DNA from: Planctomycetota bacterium
Lineage (GTDB): Bacteria; Planctomycetota; PLA2; JAEUHO01
Reading direction: 5' to 3'
Assembly: GCA_965222115.1 (NCBI GenBank)
Contig: CBDCTJ010000007.1
Span: 2,816,001-2,880,000, forward strand
DNA length: 64,000 nt
The position numbers were made by a program, and so were the translations under genes. Numbering within the stretch: position 1 is the first letter of the stretch; the number at the start of each line of letters is the position of its first letter. Shown in pieces: positions 8,473-19,158 of the stretch. The notes under the pieces are model-generated. The model was not told the DNA's origin and searched no databases. It saw only the letters and a list, made by a program, of their open reading frames with translations.

Positions 8473-10830
8473 ATGCCAGCCACGTCCCCCACGCCACGAT
8501 CCAGTCGGTTGCTGCCGACGTGTATCGCTGCAACATTGGGATGTGCGCTGGGTCTCGCCGTCTTGGCAACACGCCGCTGGCTGATACCCATCGTGGGTCC
8601 GGGAGATATGACGTCACTCGCCCCAGTCAGCCTGGCCTCGATGGCGTTGGCATTGGGATTCGTGTTTGGGGGACGATTGGCCGATCGTGGTCGGCGAAAC
8701 ACCATGCCCCTCACGTGGGTGGCGTTGTTGTTCGCCTCAGTATGGATGTGGGCGGGCTACTTTTTATGGCCCGAACTCCTCACTGAGTCGATTCCCCCAA
8801 CGCTACATGCCGTGGCATATGCTGCGCTCTGGTTGCTGCCAGTTTGCTTCCTACTGGGCACACTGACTGTGCTTTTGATCAAGGAAACACTTAGTCGTCA
8901 CCGCTTTGCGGGACACGCTTTGGCGTGGCCGTGCATTGGACTGTGTGTCGGTCTCGCGTGCGCGCCACTCTTGTTTCGTTACGGGGTCGTTCTTTTACTG
9001 GAAGCGCCGTTCTATACGGCTGCGATTGCTGGTGTATCGGTGGTGGGCGCACTACTCACCCTGCGGATCGAAGATCGCGGCGACATGGTCCGCACGCGCC
9101 GACACGAAGGTCGTTGGCAATCGGTCGGCCGTGTTTGGCCGTGGACCGCATTCGCCATGGCCATGATTGCTACATCGTTTCTCGTTGTGGCGCGCGTGCG
9201 CGCAGCGCGATTCGTTTACGACATCGACATTGCGGAACACATCGTGCCCATCACCGCACTCATGGCTGCGGTGGGCATCTGGATTGCCAGAAAGCGTGTG
9301 GATCGCGCCTTGGCACGCCCAGCGGCAGCCGCCTTGTTTGTCTTGCTGGGGCTTGCTGTTGTGGTGCCGCTTTGGTGGCCGCTAGAGCGTTCGTCTGCGC
9401 TGCGAACGCCGTGGCTCACCGGACTTAGCCTGGTGGCCCCGTGTGCCGTGGTGCTCGGCGCGCTCTTGGTGATCGTCATTCGTGCACCCCTTGAAGACGC
9501 TAGTGCAGATGGCCATCACGTAGGACGCTCGTTGGCCATGACGGCACTCGGCGTGGGTGCGGGTGTGCTCTTCGCGAATCTGCTGCCGGGGTACTTGGGC
9601 ACACATGGACCGCTTCGAATTGCACTGGCCTTTTGTGCCATCAGTGCGGCAGCGTGGGTCTTGCTTGCGGGACAAGGCATTCGTCTGCTCATTCCGATCA
9701 TTGCCGCGATCGCGCTTGCGGGTGCGGTTGCATATCAACCACCAATTACGACAAGCAGTTGGCGAAGCCGACGCGGCGATCTACACGCGGGCCCCACGAC
9801 AACCGCAATGATTGAAGTCGAAAGCCTCAGTACGTTTGATGCGCTTCGTACGCACCCGAAACTGTCAGAAAAGCTCGGCTTCCTTCGAAGTCCTCCACGC
9901 ATTTCATGGCGCGGGCCGATGTCGCGGACGCAAGAGCTCGAATTGCGCCGAGCCATTTCGCAGCCCAAGGGACGTAAAGCCGTAGAAGCACTGCTGGGTC
10001 GCGTCGGACGGTCGCTCCGCGTGTTGAGTGATGCTGGTCGTGAACGCGCGGTGGTGGATCTGCACGACCCCACATGGACGTCGGGCGACTTGGATGCATT
10101 CGTCATGGGCCTCGGCATCAAAGGGCTGATCGACGCAAAGAAGGACAACGTTCTCATTGCAAGCGATGGCTATTCGCCGATTGTGTGGCCGGTTGCTGCG
10201 CGCAGTCCCGCGCGCGGCACGACGACGGTGCTCGTCACGGAATCCGCGTTTTATGAAGCGTTTCTACGCGCGATTGACTGGCCTGCGGCACCAACATTTG
10301 CCCTGCGTCAGCAAGACATGCGCCCGTATCTGCGCCACCATGAGACGCATGCACGCTTTGGGTGGATCCACATCGACACGCGTGCAGGGCGCACCGTCCG
10401 ATGGCACACGATGACCACCGAAGCGGTCGAACAACTGCACGCATCCCTCTGCGACGGCGGATTCGTTTCACTAGTACTTCATGACGCACCGCGCAGTCGC
10501 ACCGTCCTGAGTCCCGTCGTGGCCTCGCTCAGTACGGCATTTTCGCATATTCAAATCTACGCCCTGCGACGTCGCCACGACACCAGCCCGCGGGAACGCA
10601 ACACCCCCACTCATAACCGCGTGGTGCCCATGGTGATTTACGCCGGAAATCGCCCGGTGGACGTTGGCCGGGTTGAAGATGAAGCCGGGCGCCCGATTCG
10701 ATTTACAGAGTTTGGTCAGCTCTATATGGAGGCACTTCGGCAACAGGCCGGAGGGCGTGTCCTAAGCGACGCGTTTGCACCGATTGATGCGAGTCCGCCT
10801 GTAGACGCTGACACCGCGTCGAACGAATAG
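8473..10830 (+). CDS. fused membrane (MFS-like)/spermidine synthase-like protein
   Basis: About 12 TM segments in the N-half (G..LAD motif); C-half QDMRPYL...WIHID...TTEAV..L..GG methyltransferase-like fold. Confidence 0.65.
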   Translation: MPATSPTPRSSRLLPTCIAATLGCALGLAVLATRRWLIPIVGPGDMTSLAPVSLASMALALGFVFGGRLADRGRRNTMPLTWVALLFASVWMWAGYFLWPELLTESIPPTLHAVAYAALWLLPVCFLLGTLTVLLIKETLSRHRFAGHALAWPCIGLCVGLACAPLLFRYGVVLLLEAPFYTAAIAGVSVVGALLTLRIEDRGDMVRTRRHEGRWQSVGRVWPWTAFAMAMIATSFLVVARVRAARFVYDIDIAEHIVPITALMAAVGIWIARKRVDRALARPAAAALFVLLGLAVVVPLWWPLERSSALRTPWLTGLSLVAPCAVVLGALLVIVIRAPLEDASADGHHVGRSLAMTALGVGAGVLFANLLPGYLGTHGPLRIALAFCAISAAAWVLLAGQGIRLLIPIIAAIALAGAVAYQPPITTSSWRSRRGDLHAGPTTTAMIEVESLSTFDALRTHPKLSEKLGFLRSPPRISWRGPMSRTQELELRRAISQPKGRKAVEALLGRVGRSLRVLSDAGRERAVVDLHDPTWTSGDLDAFVMGLGIKGLIDAKKDNVLIASDGYSPIVWPVAARSPARGTTTVLVTESAFYEAFLRAIDWPAAPTFALRQQDMRPYLRHHETHARFGWIHIDTRAGRTVRWHTMTTEAVEQLHASLCDGGFVSLVLHDAPRSRTVLSPVVASLSTAFSHIQIYALRRRHDTSPRERNTPTHNRVVPMVIYAGNRPVDVGRVEDEAGRPIRFTEFGQLYMEALRQQAGGRVLSDAFAPIDASPPVDADTASNE

Positions 10831-10836
10831 TCCGCG

Positions 10837-11862
10837 TTACGACTCAAACGCAATTTCGCCTGAGTCTGTGAGCTCACCCAGTACCCACGCCTCTTCGCCG
10901 GCATCGGTAAACGCCTGTACCGCCGCACTCGCGTCGTTCTTGCCAACTACGGCAATCATGCCGCAACCCATATTGAATACGTGATACGCCTCACCGCGGC
11001 CCATGCGACTCGCATTCAAAATCCATTCAAAGATCGGATTGGGGTTCCACGAGGAAAGGTCAATGCGCGCCCCAACCCCATCTGGCAACACCCGCGGCAA
11101 ATTGTCTTGAATCCCGCCGCCCGTAATGTGGGCAAGGGCATGGAGTTTGATTGACTTGTTTACTGCCATTACGGGATTCAAATAGCTGCGGTGCGGACGA
11201 AGTAGCGCCTCTGCTAGTGATTCACCCAGTGATTCAGGGGCAGCATCTAGGTCGTGTGCGTCGCGTTCGAGCAGCTTGTTGACCAGCGAAAATCCGTTCG
11301 TGTGCAAGCCATCGGAGCGCAAACCAATCAACACATCGCCCGCATCCACGTTGCGCGGAAGCACGTCCTTGCGATCGACCTTGCCGACAATGAAGCCCAC
11401 AATGTCGAACTCACCATCGCAGTACACACCGGGCATTTCCGCGGTTTCCCCGCCGAGCAGGGCGGCACCCGCGGCCTGGCAGGCTTCGACCAGTCCCTCA
11501 ACGACTTCGCTGAAGACTTCAGGGTCCAAACGGCTGCTGGCGAAGTAGTCCATGAAGAAGAGCGGCGTGGCGCCTTGAACCAAGATGTCGTTCACGCAGT
11601 GATTCACAATGTCGTGCCCGAGTCCGCGGACGCGATTCGCTTGAACGGCGGTGCGCACTTTGGTGCCAACACCATCATTGGTTGCGACCAGAATCGGTTG
11701 ATCCGATTCGGGAAAGCGCCCGTCATACATGCCGCCGAAGGAACCCAGTTCGTGCAACACATCCGGGCCGAATGTGGTCGCGACTTTGGCGCCAATCGAC
11801 CCAATCATGTTCATTTTCTTGTCGATATCGACGCCTGCATCTTTGTAGCTGAGCTTGGACAT
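10837..11862 (-). CDS. purM: phosphoribosylformylglycinamidine cyclo-ligase
   Basis: YKDAGVD, DGVGTK, GGETAEMPG, GLHTNG, HITGGG, FNMG. Confidence 0.97.
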   Translation of the reverse strand: MSKLSYKDAGVDIDKKMNMIGSIGAKVATTFGPDVLHELGSFGGMYDGRFPESDQPILVATNDGVGTKVRTAVQANRVRGLGHDIVNHCVNDILVQGATPLFFMDYFASSRLDPEVFSEVVEGLVEACQAAGAALLGGETAEMPGVYCDGEFDIVGFIVGKVDRKDVLPRNVDAGDVLIGLRSDGLHTNGFSLVNKLLERDAHDLDAAPESLGESLAEALLRPHRSYLNPVMAVNKSIKLHALAHITGGGIQDNLPRVLPDGVGARIDLSSWNPNPIFEWILNASRMGRGEAYHVFNMGCGMIAVVGKNDASAAVQAFTDAGEEAWVLGELTDSGEIAFES

Positions 11863-12007
11863 GGAGGCTCCTCGAACGTACGGCGCGCTGACTCCCCTAT
11901 TGTGCCCGGCACAGCCCCCGAAATTGGCCTTTGGCGCCTCCGAAAGGGGAATCCGAGGCGGCGGAAATCAGCCGGCTGTGAACCGGTCGCAAGTAAAGTC
12001 TCCCTTC

Positions 12008-13174
12008 ATGTGCCCAGCCAATCCCCCCCGCAAACGCATCGCGCTTCTTGGTGCGACCGGCAGTGTGGGTACGGCGGCTGTTGACGTGGTGCTTGCCCAC
12101 CCCGAGGCATTCGACGTAGTGGCAGTGGTCGCGGGCACGCGCGGCGGTGCGTTGCTCGACATCGGACGTCGCGTGAGCGCCGAACGAATGGTGCTGCTTT
12201 CAGATGAAGCGGAGGCGGCGCTACGCCCCTCCGTGCGACCCGGCGATCCCGAACTTCGTGCAGGCCAAGCGGCAGTTTTGGAAATTGTACGAGAACCGAC
12301 GCTTGACATCGTGCTCCAGGCAACCAGTGGTGCCGCGGGCTTGGAGGCCACGCTCGCAGCCGTGCGTGCTGGAAAGCACGTGGCACTTGCCAATAAGGAG
12401 AGTCTTGTGGTGGCGGGCCCGTTGCTTATGCGCGAAGCGAGGCAGGGCGGCGCCACGATTGTTCCTGTAGATTCCGAACACTCCGCCATATTTCAATGCC
12501 TGCGCGGCGGTCAGCGCGAGGAAGTCCGGCGTGTGATTCTCACCGCCAGCGGTGGTCCGTTTCGTGGCCGCTCCACAGATTCCCTGCGAGACATCACGGC
12601 GGCGGAGGCGTTGAATCATCCCACGTGGGCAATGGGCAAGCGCATCACGATTGACAGTGCGACGCTCATGAACAAAGCTCTCGAAGTCATCGAGGCACGC
12701 TGGCTCTTCGATCTTGAACCGGATCAAATCGAGGTCGTGGTGCATCCGCAATCCGTGATCCACAGCATGGTCGAGTTCGTGGATGGATCGGTCGTCGCCC
12801 AGATGGGACCTCCCGATATGCGGTTGCCCATTCGATTCGCGCTCGGGTGGCCCGCGCGATTGCCCGCTCAACAACCTCGATTCTCATGGCGCGACTATCA
12901 GAATCTCACCTTTGAGGCGCCGGATACCGAGACCTTCCCTGCGCTACGTCTAGGCTTTGAGGCGGCGGCCCGAGGCGGCACGGCTGGCGCGGCACTCAAC
13001 GCGGCCGACGAGGTCGCCGTAAGTCGTTTCCTCGCAGGCGACTTACCGTTTACCGGCATTGCATCCCTTTGCGAGCGAGCGCTGGCCAACCATTCGTTTA
13101 CTGCGGATCCCACCCTCGACGACCTCTTGGCCGTTGACGGATGGGCTCGCGATGAGGCACGACAAGTATGTTGA
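12008..13174 (+). CDS. dxr: 1-deoxy-D-xylulose-5-phosphate reductoisomerase
   Basis: LLGATGSVG, LANKESLV, PVDSEHSA, LTASGGPF, HPTWAMG, NKALEVIEA. Confidence 0.97.
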   Translation: MCPANPPRKRIALLGATGSVGTAAVDVVLAHPEAFDVVAVVAGTRGGALLDIGRRVSAERMVLLSDEAEAALRPSVRPGDPELRAGQAAVLEIVREPTLDIVLQATSGAAGLEATLAAVRAGKHVALANKESLVVAGPLLMREARQGGATIVPVDSEHSAIFQCLRGGQREEVRRVILTASGGPFRGRSTDSLRDITAAEALNHPTWAMGKRITIDSATLMNKALEVIEARWLFDLEPDQIEVVVHPQSVIHSMVEFVDGSVVAQMGPPDMRLPIRFALGWPARLPAQQPRFSWRDYQNLTFEAPDTETFPALRLGFEAAARGGTAGAALNAADEVAVSRFLAGDLPFTGIASLCERALANHSFTADPTLDDLLAVDGWARDEARQVC

Positions 13175-15165
13175 AGCGACGACCCCTACCGCTTTTGCTG
13201 GGACTGGCCGTGGTGGCACCCACCTTGGCAGCGATTCCCGGCGGCTCCGTCATCCTCGCGATTCTGGGCATTAGCTTTCTCATCTTTGTTCATGAGTGGG
13301 GTCACTTTGCGGCCTGCAAGTTGACCGGCACACGCACCGAGACATTTTCAATCGGATTTGGTCCACGGCTCTTTGGTTGGGAAAAGGACCGGGAAGGCGC
13401 GCGTCGATTCACCGTGGGTGCGCGACAGCTCGATCCCGAAGATCATTCGATGGACTTTCGCGTGGCAGCAATTCCCTTGGGCGGTTACGTCAAGATGGCG
13501 GGTGAGCTGCCTGGGGAAGAAACGCCCGGCGGCGCCCCTGATGAGTTCCCCAGCAAGTCAGCCGGGGCACGAGCATTTATTATCTGCGCCGGCGTGATCA
13601 TGAACATCATTACGGCGATCGTGTTCTACGGCCTCACGTACAATATGAACAAGGCCTTCGTACCGCCGGTGGTGGGTCATGCCGAGCCCGGTGGTGCTGC
13701 ATGGGACGCGGGCATTCGCGCGGGCGATCGCATCGTTACGATCGGTGATAAGAAAATCGAAACGCGTGTCGATCTATTGACCGAAGCCGCACTGATGTCG
13801 TTTGAGAAGCCCACCAAGGCAACCATCAAACGGGGCGACAAGATCATTCCCGTGGAGGTTCAAGGACGCTACGACGAAGAGGTGGGGCGTGGTCGACTTC
13901 AGATTTTGCTTGCTCAAGGCGCAGCCTTTGGCGATGAGAAGAACCCGTTTCGCATTGGGTTGGTTGAACCCGTACGCGTCAATGGCGTGGAGGTGACCGG
14001 TGGTGCGGGCGTCAATCACGCGCTCAAACAGCTCACGTCGCTCGGAAAAGCATCTGCCACGCTCACCCGCGCGAATGGCGAGACGTTTGAACTGAAACCC
14101 AAGCCCTTTGAGACCACATCCAAGGCCGATGAGCTGCCGGTACGCATTGGTATTGGGGCCGCACGGCCGCTGGTGATTGACGATGTCGCTGGCGTGCTGA
14201 CCGGCAAGCTCAAGAAGGGCGACATGGTTGTGGGGTACGCAGATGGTTCGGGCGAGTCCCATGCGCTCAATTCTGCGAATCAGCTAGAACGCCTGCCGTG
14301 GCAGGGCAAGACGATTCAGTCACTGCGCGTGCGACGCTTTGCGAAGGCTGGCGTGCCCGGTGTTGAAGAGGATGTGCCGGTTGCGACGTCCACCCCCGAA
14401 GACGTGATTGCACTCATCGAGTCCATGGCATTTATCAAGGCGCGCCCTGGCACGGTGGAGCCTTTGAACGCAGACCATTTGTATCTAGTCGGGGAAGGAC
14501 TGTATCGCTTACCAGCAAGCCCTGCCCTTGACGCCGGGCTACACGCCGGCGACCGCTTGGTACGCGTGGGCGAGCAAAAGGCAGACACGATTGAGAAAGC
14601 CACAATCGCGCTAAAAAACGTTAGTTCTGACAAGCCCATCGAAGTGGAGGTCGTAGGCCCCGATGGCAAGTCTCGCATCCTGTCCTTGACACCGGCACGT
14701 CTTGAGCCACTTGGCACGTTGCCGACCCAACCCAATCTCGTCCAAGAACGCTACGAACCCGACGGGTTCTTCCACGCGTTGGGGATGGGTGCATCGCGCA
14801 CGTGGCGTGAAGTCAAAAACGTATTCCGGACCATTGGTGCGCTCTTTACAGGGCGTCTCAACTTCAATAAGAGCATTGCCGGCCCCATCACCATGATCGA
14901 TGTCAGCAATGACATGGCCGAAGAGAGCATGCCCAAGTTCATTTGGTTCTTGGCCTACATCAGCGTCATGTTGGCGGTCATGAACATCCTGCCCATACCC
15001 GTACTCGATGGTGGTCACTTGCTCTTCATCATTATTGAGAAGATCAAGGGCTCACCGCTCAAACCTGAGACCATGTACAACTTTCAAAAGGTGGGCATGT
15101 TGCTCCTGTTGCTCTTGATGTTCTTTGCGCTCAAGAACGACATTACGCGCCTGTTCAACCTCTAG
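13168..15165 (+). CDS. rseP: RIP metalloprotease RseP with multiple PDZ domains
   Basis: HEWGH, FSIGFGP, PLGGYV, NILPIPVLDGG; canonical position after dxr. Confidence 0.92.
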   Translation: MLKRRPLPLLLGLAVVAPTLAAIPGGSVILAILGISFLIFVHEWGHFAACKLTGTRTETFSIGFGPRLFGWEKDREGARRFTVGARQLDPEDHSMDFRVAAIPLGGYVKMAGELPGEETPGGAPDEFPSKSAGARAFIICAGVIMNIITAIVFYGLTYNMNKAFVPPVVGHAEPGGAAWDAGIRAGDRIVTIGDKKIETRVDLLTEAALMSFEKPTKATIKRGDKIIPVEVQGRYDEEVGRGRLQILLAQGAAFGDEKNPFRIGLVEPVRVNGVEVTGGAGVNHALKQLTSLGKASATLTRANGETFELKPKPFETTSKADELPVRIGIGAARPLVIDDVAGVLTGKLKKGDMVVGYADGSGESHALNSANQLERLPWQGKTIQSLRVRRFAKAGVPGVEEDVPVATSTPEDVIALIESMAFIKARPGTVEPLNADHLYLVGEGLYRLPASPALDAGLHAGDRLVRVGEQKADTIEKATIALKNVSSDKPIEVEVVGPDGKSRILSLTPARLEPLGTLPTQPNLVQERYEPDGFFHALGMGASRTWREVKNVFRTIGALFTGRLNFNKSIAGPITMIDVSNDMAEESMPKFIWFLAYISVMLAVMNILPIPVLDGGHLLFIIIEKIKGSPLKPETMYNFQKVGMLLLLLLMFFALKNDITRLFNL

Positions 15166-15177
15166 TCCGGACGACCC

Positions 15178-16116
15178 ATGAAGCCCTGGCTTCGATTTAT
15201 CCGCGCCCCACTACTGCTCACCGCGGTGTTTGATGTCCTTGTGTGTGGCCTACGCTCGGCAGACATTTCGGCGAAGACGGATGGCACCCCCTTGGTCGTG
15301 GAATTCTCATTGATTGGGACCGCGGCGCTGAGTGCGGCCTGCATCTATATATTTGGCATGGGTCTCAATGATCTGGTGGACTGCCCACGCGATCGCGAGA
15401 ACAATCCCGACCGTCCGTTGCCACGCGCGGATCTCAGTGCCAACGTGGCGACGCTCACCGTTGTTGTTGCGGCGCTGCTTGCGTGCGGTGTCTGGCTATT
15501 GAGTGAACGCCACGTGCCCCTTGTGGTGCCAGCGGCACTTCTTTGTGCGACACTCTACAACACATTGCTAAAGCGCAATGTGTGGGGCGGCGCTATGGCG
15601 ATGGGTGCCACGCGTTTCTTCAATGCATCGGCGTTATGCCTGCCATTTGCTCTAGTTAGCGACGCTCCGGACATGCTCTTGCACTACGGTGCACCACTCT
15701 GCATCGGCTTGTATTCGGCGGCCATTTTGGTGCACTCAACCACCGAGGAGCAACTCTCGACAACGCGAACGTGGGTCGCGCGCGTGTTGACCATGATCTC
15801 ATTTGTGGGCGCCGCTGCATTGGCGTGGATGCATGCAGAGCGCCCCACCTTGGGGGCCGTCCTAGCCTTCGGCGTGTCCAGCAGTGTGTTGTTTGGACGC
15901 ACACCCAAGCCCGGACCGGCAAAGAAGCAAACGCTCGAAATGTTGCTTGGGCTCTACCTGCTGGCGTTTGTCGTGTTGACGAGTCTTGCGAAGCACGGGC
16001 TGTGGATCGAAGGCGCGGGCTTTGTGATGGCGTGGTGTGCCATGATCGGAACGCAGCTCGCCATTCGCGCGCTCCGTCTCCCCAAGCCGCTCGTGGACAA
16101 CGTACGAATGCCGTGA
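15178..16116 (+). CDS. UbiA family prenyltransferase
   Basis: NDLVD..RD...PDRPLP, YN..LK, MG..R..N motifs; multiple TM segments. Confidence 0.85.
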   Translation: MKPWLRFIRAPLLLTAVFDVLVCGLRSADISAKTDGTPLVVEFSLIGTAALSAACIYIFGMGLNDLVDCPRDRENNPDRPLPRADLSANVATLTVVVAALLACGVWLLSERHVPLVVPAALLCATLYNTLLKRNVWGGAMAMGATRFFNASALCLPFALVSDAPDMLLHYGAPLCIGLYSAAILVHSTTEEQLSTTRTWVARVLTMISFVGAAALAWMHAERPTLGAVLAFGVSSSVLFGRTPKPGPAKKQTLEMLLGLYLLAFVVLTSLAKHGLWIEGAGFVMAWCAMIGTQLAIRALRLPKPLVDNVRMP

Positions 16117-16119
16117 ACG

Positions 16120-17538
16120 TTACTTTCTGTCGTCGGACAACTCAAGGTGTCCGCGAATGATCGAAACGATTCGACGGTACTCTGCGTGCTTGCGAATGGG
16201 ATCCAGGTCGCGATCCTCTTCCATCCAATCGAGGTCGCGCCACCCCTTCTCTACGCTAATGGCCAGACACGCCAACGCACGTCGCCGCAAATCCGCGGCG
16301 CTTTCGTTCCCCGGCTCCAAGGACCAACTCGCATAGGCGCAGGCGAGGTTGTAGTAGTTGAGCACGTCCGACGAGATGGACCCGCCACGCAAGTTGCGAT
16401 GGAACGCCGCCACGGCCTCTTCGTACCAGCCCACACGAATCAAGATGACCGGCGGCAAGCTGGAAACCCGTATGGGTCGAACGCGCCGATAGTCGGATCG
16501 AAGTGACGAGAGAAAACGACGCACGTCGCGCTCATACATGGAAGGGTCAATCAAGTACAGGCACGTCATAAACTCGCCGTACTCACTGATTTTCGCACCG
16601 AGATCAAAGAGTCGATTCTGAAACGCGTCGGCATCCGTGAAGCGCGCGAGTGTATTGTTCATGCGCTCAAGGGCACGGCGTTCGGTGCGAATCTCGCGTC
16701 CCAGTTTCACACGGCGTTCATCGATGCGACTGACGACGTGAGCGTCTTCGGGCGAACAGAGTTCGGCTACGGCGTTGGTGGCCATTCCGCCAAGTTCGTA
16801 TTGACTCGCGCCGTGCTTGCGCAGGTACTCGTAGGGTCCCGTTGTAAAACGACCGGGGATGGGCATCGACTCGTCGAGAGCTATCGAGGTCACCACATCA
16901 AGGGCACGCCCGGGATTGATGCATTTCTTTAGAATGTCGTATTGACCTCGGTAGTAGCCGGTACCACCTGACTTTGAGATGCGCGACAGAAAGAGCGCTT
17001 CTATCTCAGCGCGTTCAAGCAGACCAACGAAGACATCGGCCGCTTGCGCGGCTCGCTTGCCTTTGACGCGACTGCCCATACGGGCGATGAAGTGCTTCGG
17101 ATCCTGCTTGTATTGTTTGAAGAGGAGGCTGTGGCTCTCCACGTCTCGAACAATGGCGAGTGCAAGCGCGGTGCTCTGTACCGGATCCGCGCGCAACACG
17201 CGTTCAAGGACGGCCTCAACCGAGGCGCGAGATCCTTCGTGGAGTAACAACACCGCAATCGCACGTTGTGCAGGTGCGGGTGCCCCCTCAAACGCGGCAA
17301 TCAGTTGCTCGCGGCCACGGGGCAGTGCCCGCTCGATGAGCAGGGCTCCGGCGCGCCGTTGGTGGGCGAGCGGACTCGAGAGCTTGCGAATAGCATCACG
17401 AAGCCCCGATTCGACGTCGGCCGAATCAGCGCGTCGCGCGTGGGCTAGGCCAGGCTCGTAAACTACCGTAACGTAAGCACTAATCACGATTAGCGCCCCC
17501 AACCCCAGGCGGATGGCGGTAGTCTGCTGCGAGGCCAT
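16120..17538 (-). CDS. exported helical-repeat protein with C-terminal TPR-like domain
   Basis: Signal peptide; HEAT-like N-terminus; C-terminal YNLACAYA...GW.D..W...D.DL..IR. Confidence 0.7.
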   Translation of the reverse strand: MASQQTTAIRLGLGALIVISAYVTVVYEPGLAHARRADSADVESGLRDAIRKLSSPLAHQRRAGALLIERALPRGREQLIAAFEGAPAPAQRAIAVLLLHEGSRASVEAVLERVLRADPVQSTALALAIVRDVESHSLLFKQYKQDPKHFIARMGSRVKGKRAAQAADVFVGLLERAEIEALFLSRISKSGGTGYYRGQYDILKKCINPGRALDVVTSIALDESMPIPGRFTTGPYEYLRKHGASQYELGGMATNAVAELCSPEDAHVVSRIDERRVKLGREIRTERRALERMNNTLARFTDADAFQNRLFDLGAKISEYGEFMTCLYLIDPSMYERDVRRFLSSLRSDYRRVRPIRVSSLPPVILIRVGWYEEAVAAFHRNLRGGSISSDVLNYYNLACAYASWSLEPGNESAADLRRRALACLAISVEKGWRDLDWMEEDRDLDPIRKHAEYRRIVSIIRGHLELSDDRK

Positions 17539-17693
17539 GTCGAGAGCCTACGGGGGATTTCCAGCCTGCGTAGGGAGATTCTCGCTGCCGCGTGTGCCGT
17601 GAAATTGCCGATATCCGGAGTAGAGGCTGCGAGGTCCGCAGCCGCTTTGCGGGTCAATCTCGATCGGCGGCGGGTTGGGCCCGCGTTGGATGT

Positions 17694-18183
17694 ATGGCGA
17701 AGTCACCGAGCACCCCCCCAAATCATGAAGCGGCTGCTTCAAAGGGCGCGCGACACTCGCGCTTCGAGGTGGAACTGCGCCGTGGTGTGATCCAAATGGT
17801 CGCCTTGCGATTGCTAAAGAGGCCTCGATACGGCTATGACCTCATCCGCCATCTTGGGCGGGCGGGCTTCAGTATCGAAGAAGGTACGCTCTACCCACTG
17901 CTTCGTCGGTTTGAAAAGAACGGTCTTGTGACAAGTCGCTGGGAGACCGGCGGGACCCGTCCGCGAAAGTACTACGAGTTGACTTCCGAGGGCGCCGACC
18001 AACTGGACGAGATGCTGGAAGTGTGGGCACGCGTGAACGTCGCGGCGAATGACGCACTCTCAACCGCAACCCGTGTGCCCGAAGATGACGGACAGAATGA
18101 CTCGCCCCATGACGATACGAACGCGGAAGATGATTCCGATAGTAATCACGATAGCGCAATCGATTGCGGGGGACTCGGCATGA
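17694..18183 (+). CDS. PadR family transcriptional regulator (as sequenced, reads in frame into the next gene)
   Basis: ELRRG..YGY.L...IEEGTLYPLLRR.EK.G...RPRKYY.LT; end uncertain, an ATGA overlap at 18180-18183 would be the usual stop. Confidence 0.85.
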
Positions 18184-19153
18184 CGCAGGGAACCGCCACA
18201 CACGACACGCGTGATCAGTTCCTCGAACGGCTGGAAGACCTGCTCCCTGCACGAGAAGCCGCGCGCATTCGTGAAGATGTAGAAGCGATGATTCTTGATC
18301 GCGTTGACGCCGAGCTGGAAGCGGAGCCCAGCCTCGATCCTCGTGAAGCCGAGTCGCGCGCGATTCGATCCATGGGCGCGCCGGAAGCGTTAGCGGATCG
18401 ATTGGACCTACGCCGAGTGCGATTCCTCGCGCCACACGCCAAGCGTTCTTACGCACCCTTGCGATCGTCATACCGATTCACTTGTTGCTCAGTGCCGTAC
18501 TGGGACTCTCCGGACAAACCGAAAGCGCGTCTGCATTGTTGGGACCACTTCCGTTTGGCAACTGGTTTCAAACCTTTCTCTCCGTGCTGGGCATCGTCCT
18601 GCTTGATGTCGGTGCCGTGTTTACGTATTTCTGGTTGCGCCGGGGTCGTGCCACACCCGCGCCCTTTGTTGCCGTGCCCACGGAACTGGCAGAGTCCCGT
18701 ACGGATGCATGGAAGGGTCTCGCCATGGTGGGTCTGTTGGGCATACTGCTCAACGCATTCGCCGTGGACTCCATATTTGTCGTGCGTACCAGCAAAGGCT
18801 TGCACTCATTCCTTGCGTCACCGTTGGCGTCGGCGCTTCCGTGGCTAAGTCTCCCGTTGGCACTCTTCGCCCTGCGACACATCATTGTGCTGTTGCGGCG
18901 AGGCCGGGCCCGACGACCCGCCATTCTCTTTGACGCCCTGGGCAGTTTGTCGGCAGCAGGTGTATTGGGGTGGCTCTGCACGCTTTCGCCCCTCGTTTCA
19001 TTCCCCCAAACGATGCGAAATCCCGAGGCCGCTGAGGTCATGAACACGCTCGTGTCGCGAATCTTCATGATTTGCTTCGCGCTCGGTGCGCTGCTGTTTC
19101 TCGTGCGATTCGTGCGCGCTATTGCGAGATTCCATCGAGCGACCGTACGCTAG
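18180..19153 (+). CDS. PadR-associated membrane protein (HAAS-like N-terminus); frameshift near 18400
   Basis: FLERLEDLLP...I.ED.EA.I.D...A...MG.PE.LA helical domain in one frame; TM domain (ATRQAFLRTLAIVIPIHLLL...) continues in the -1 frame to the stop at 19153. Confidence 0.7.
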
Positions 19154-19158
19154 CGTAT

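Noticed and set aside
11254-12084. Long antisense or overlapping ORFs (here and e.g. 19870-20739, 44543-45607, 63569-63994)
   Set aside because: Shadow frames of well-supported genes, as expected in GC-rich DNA.
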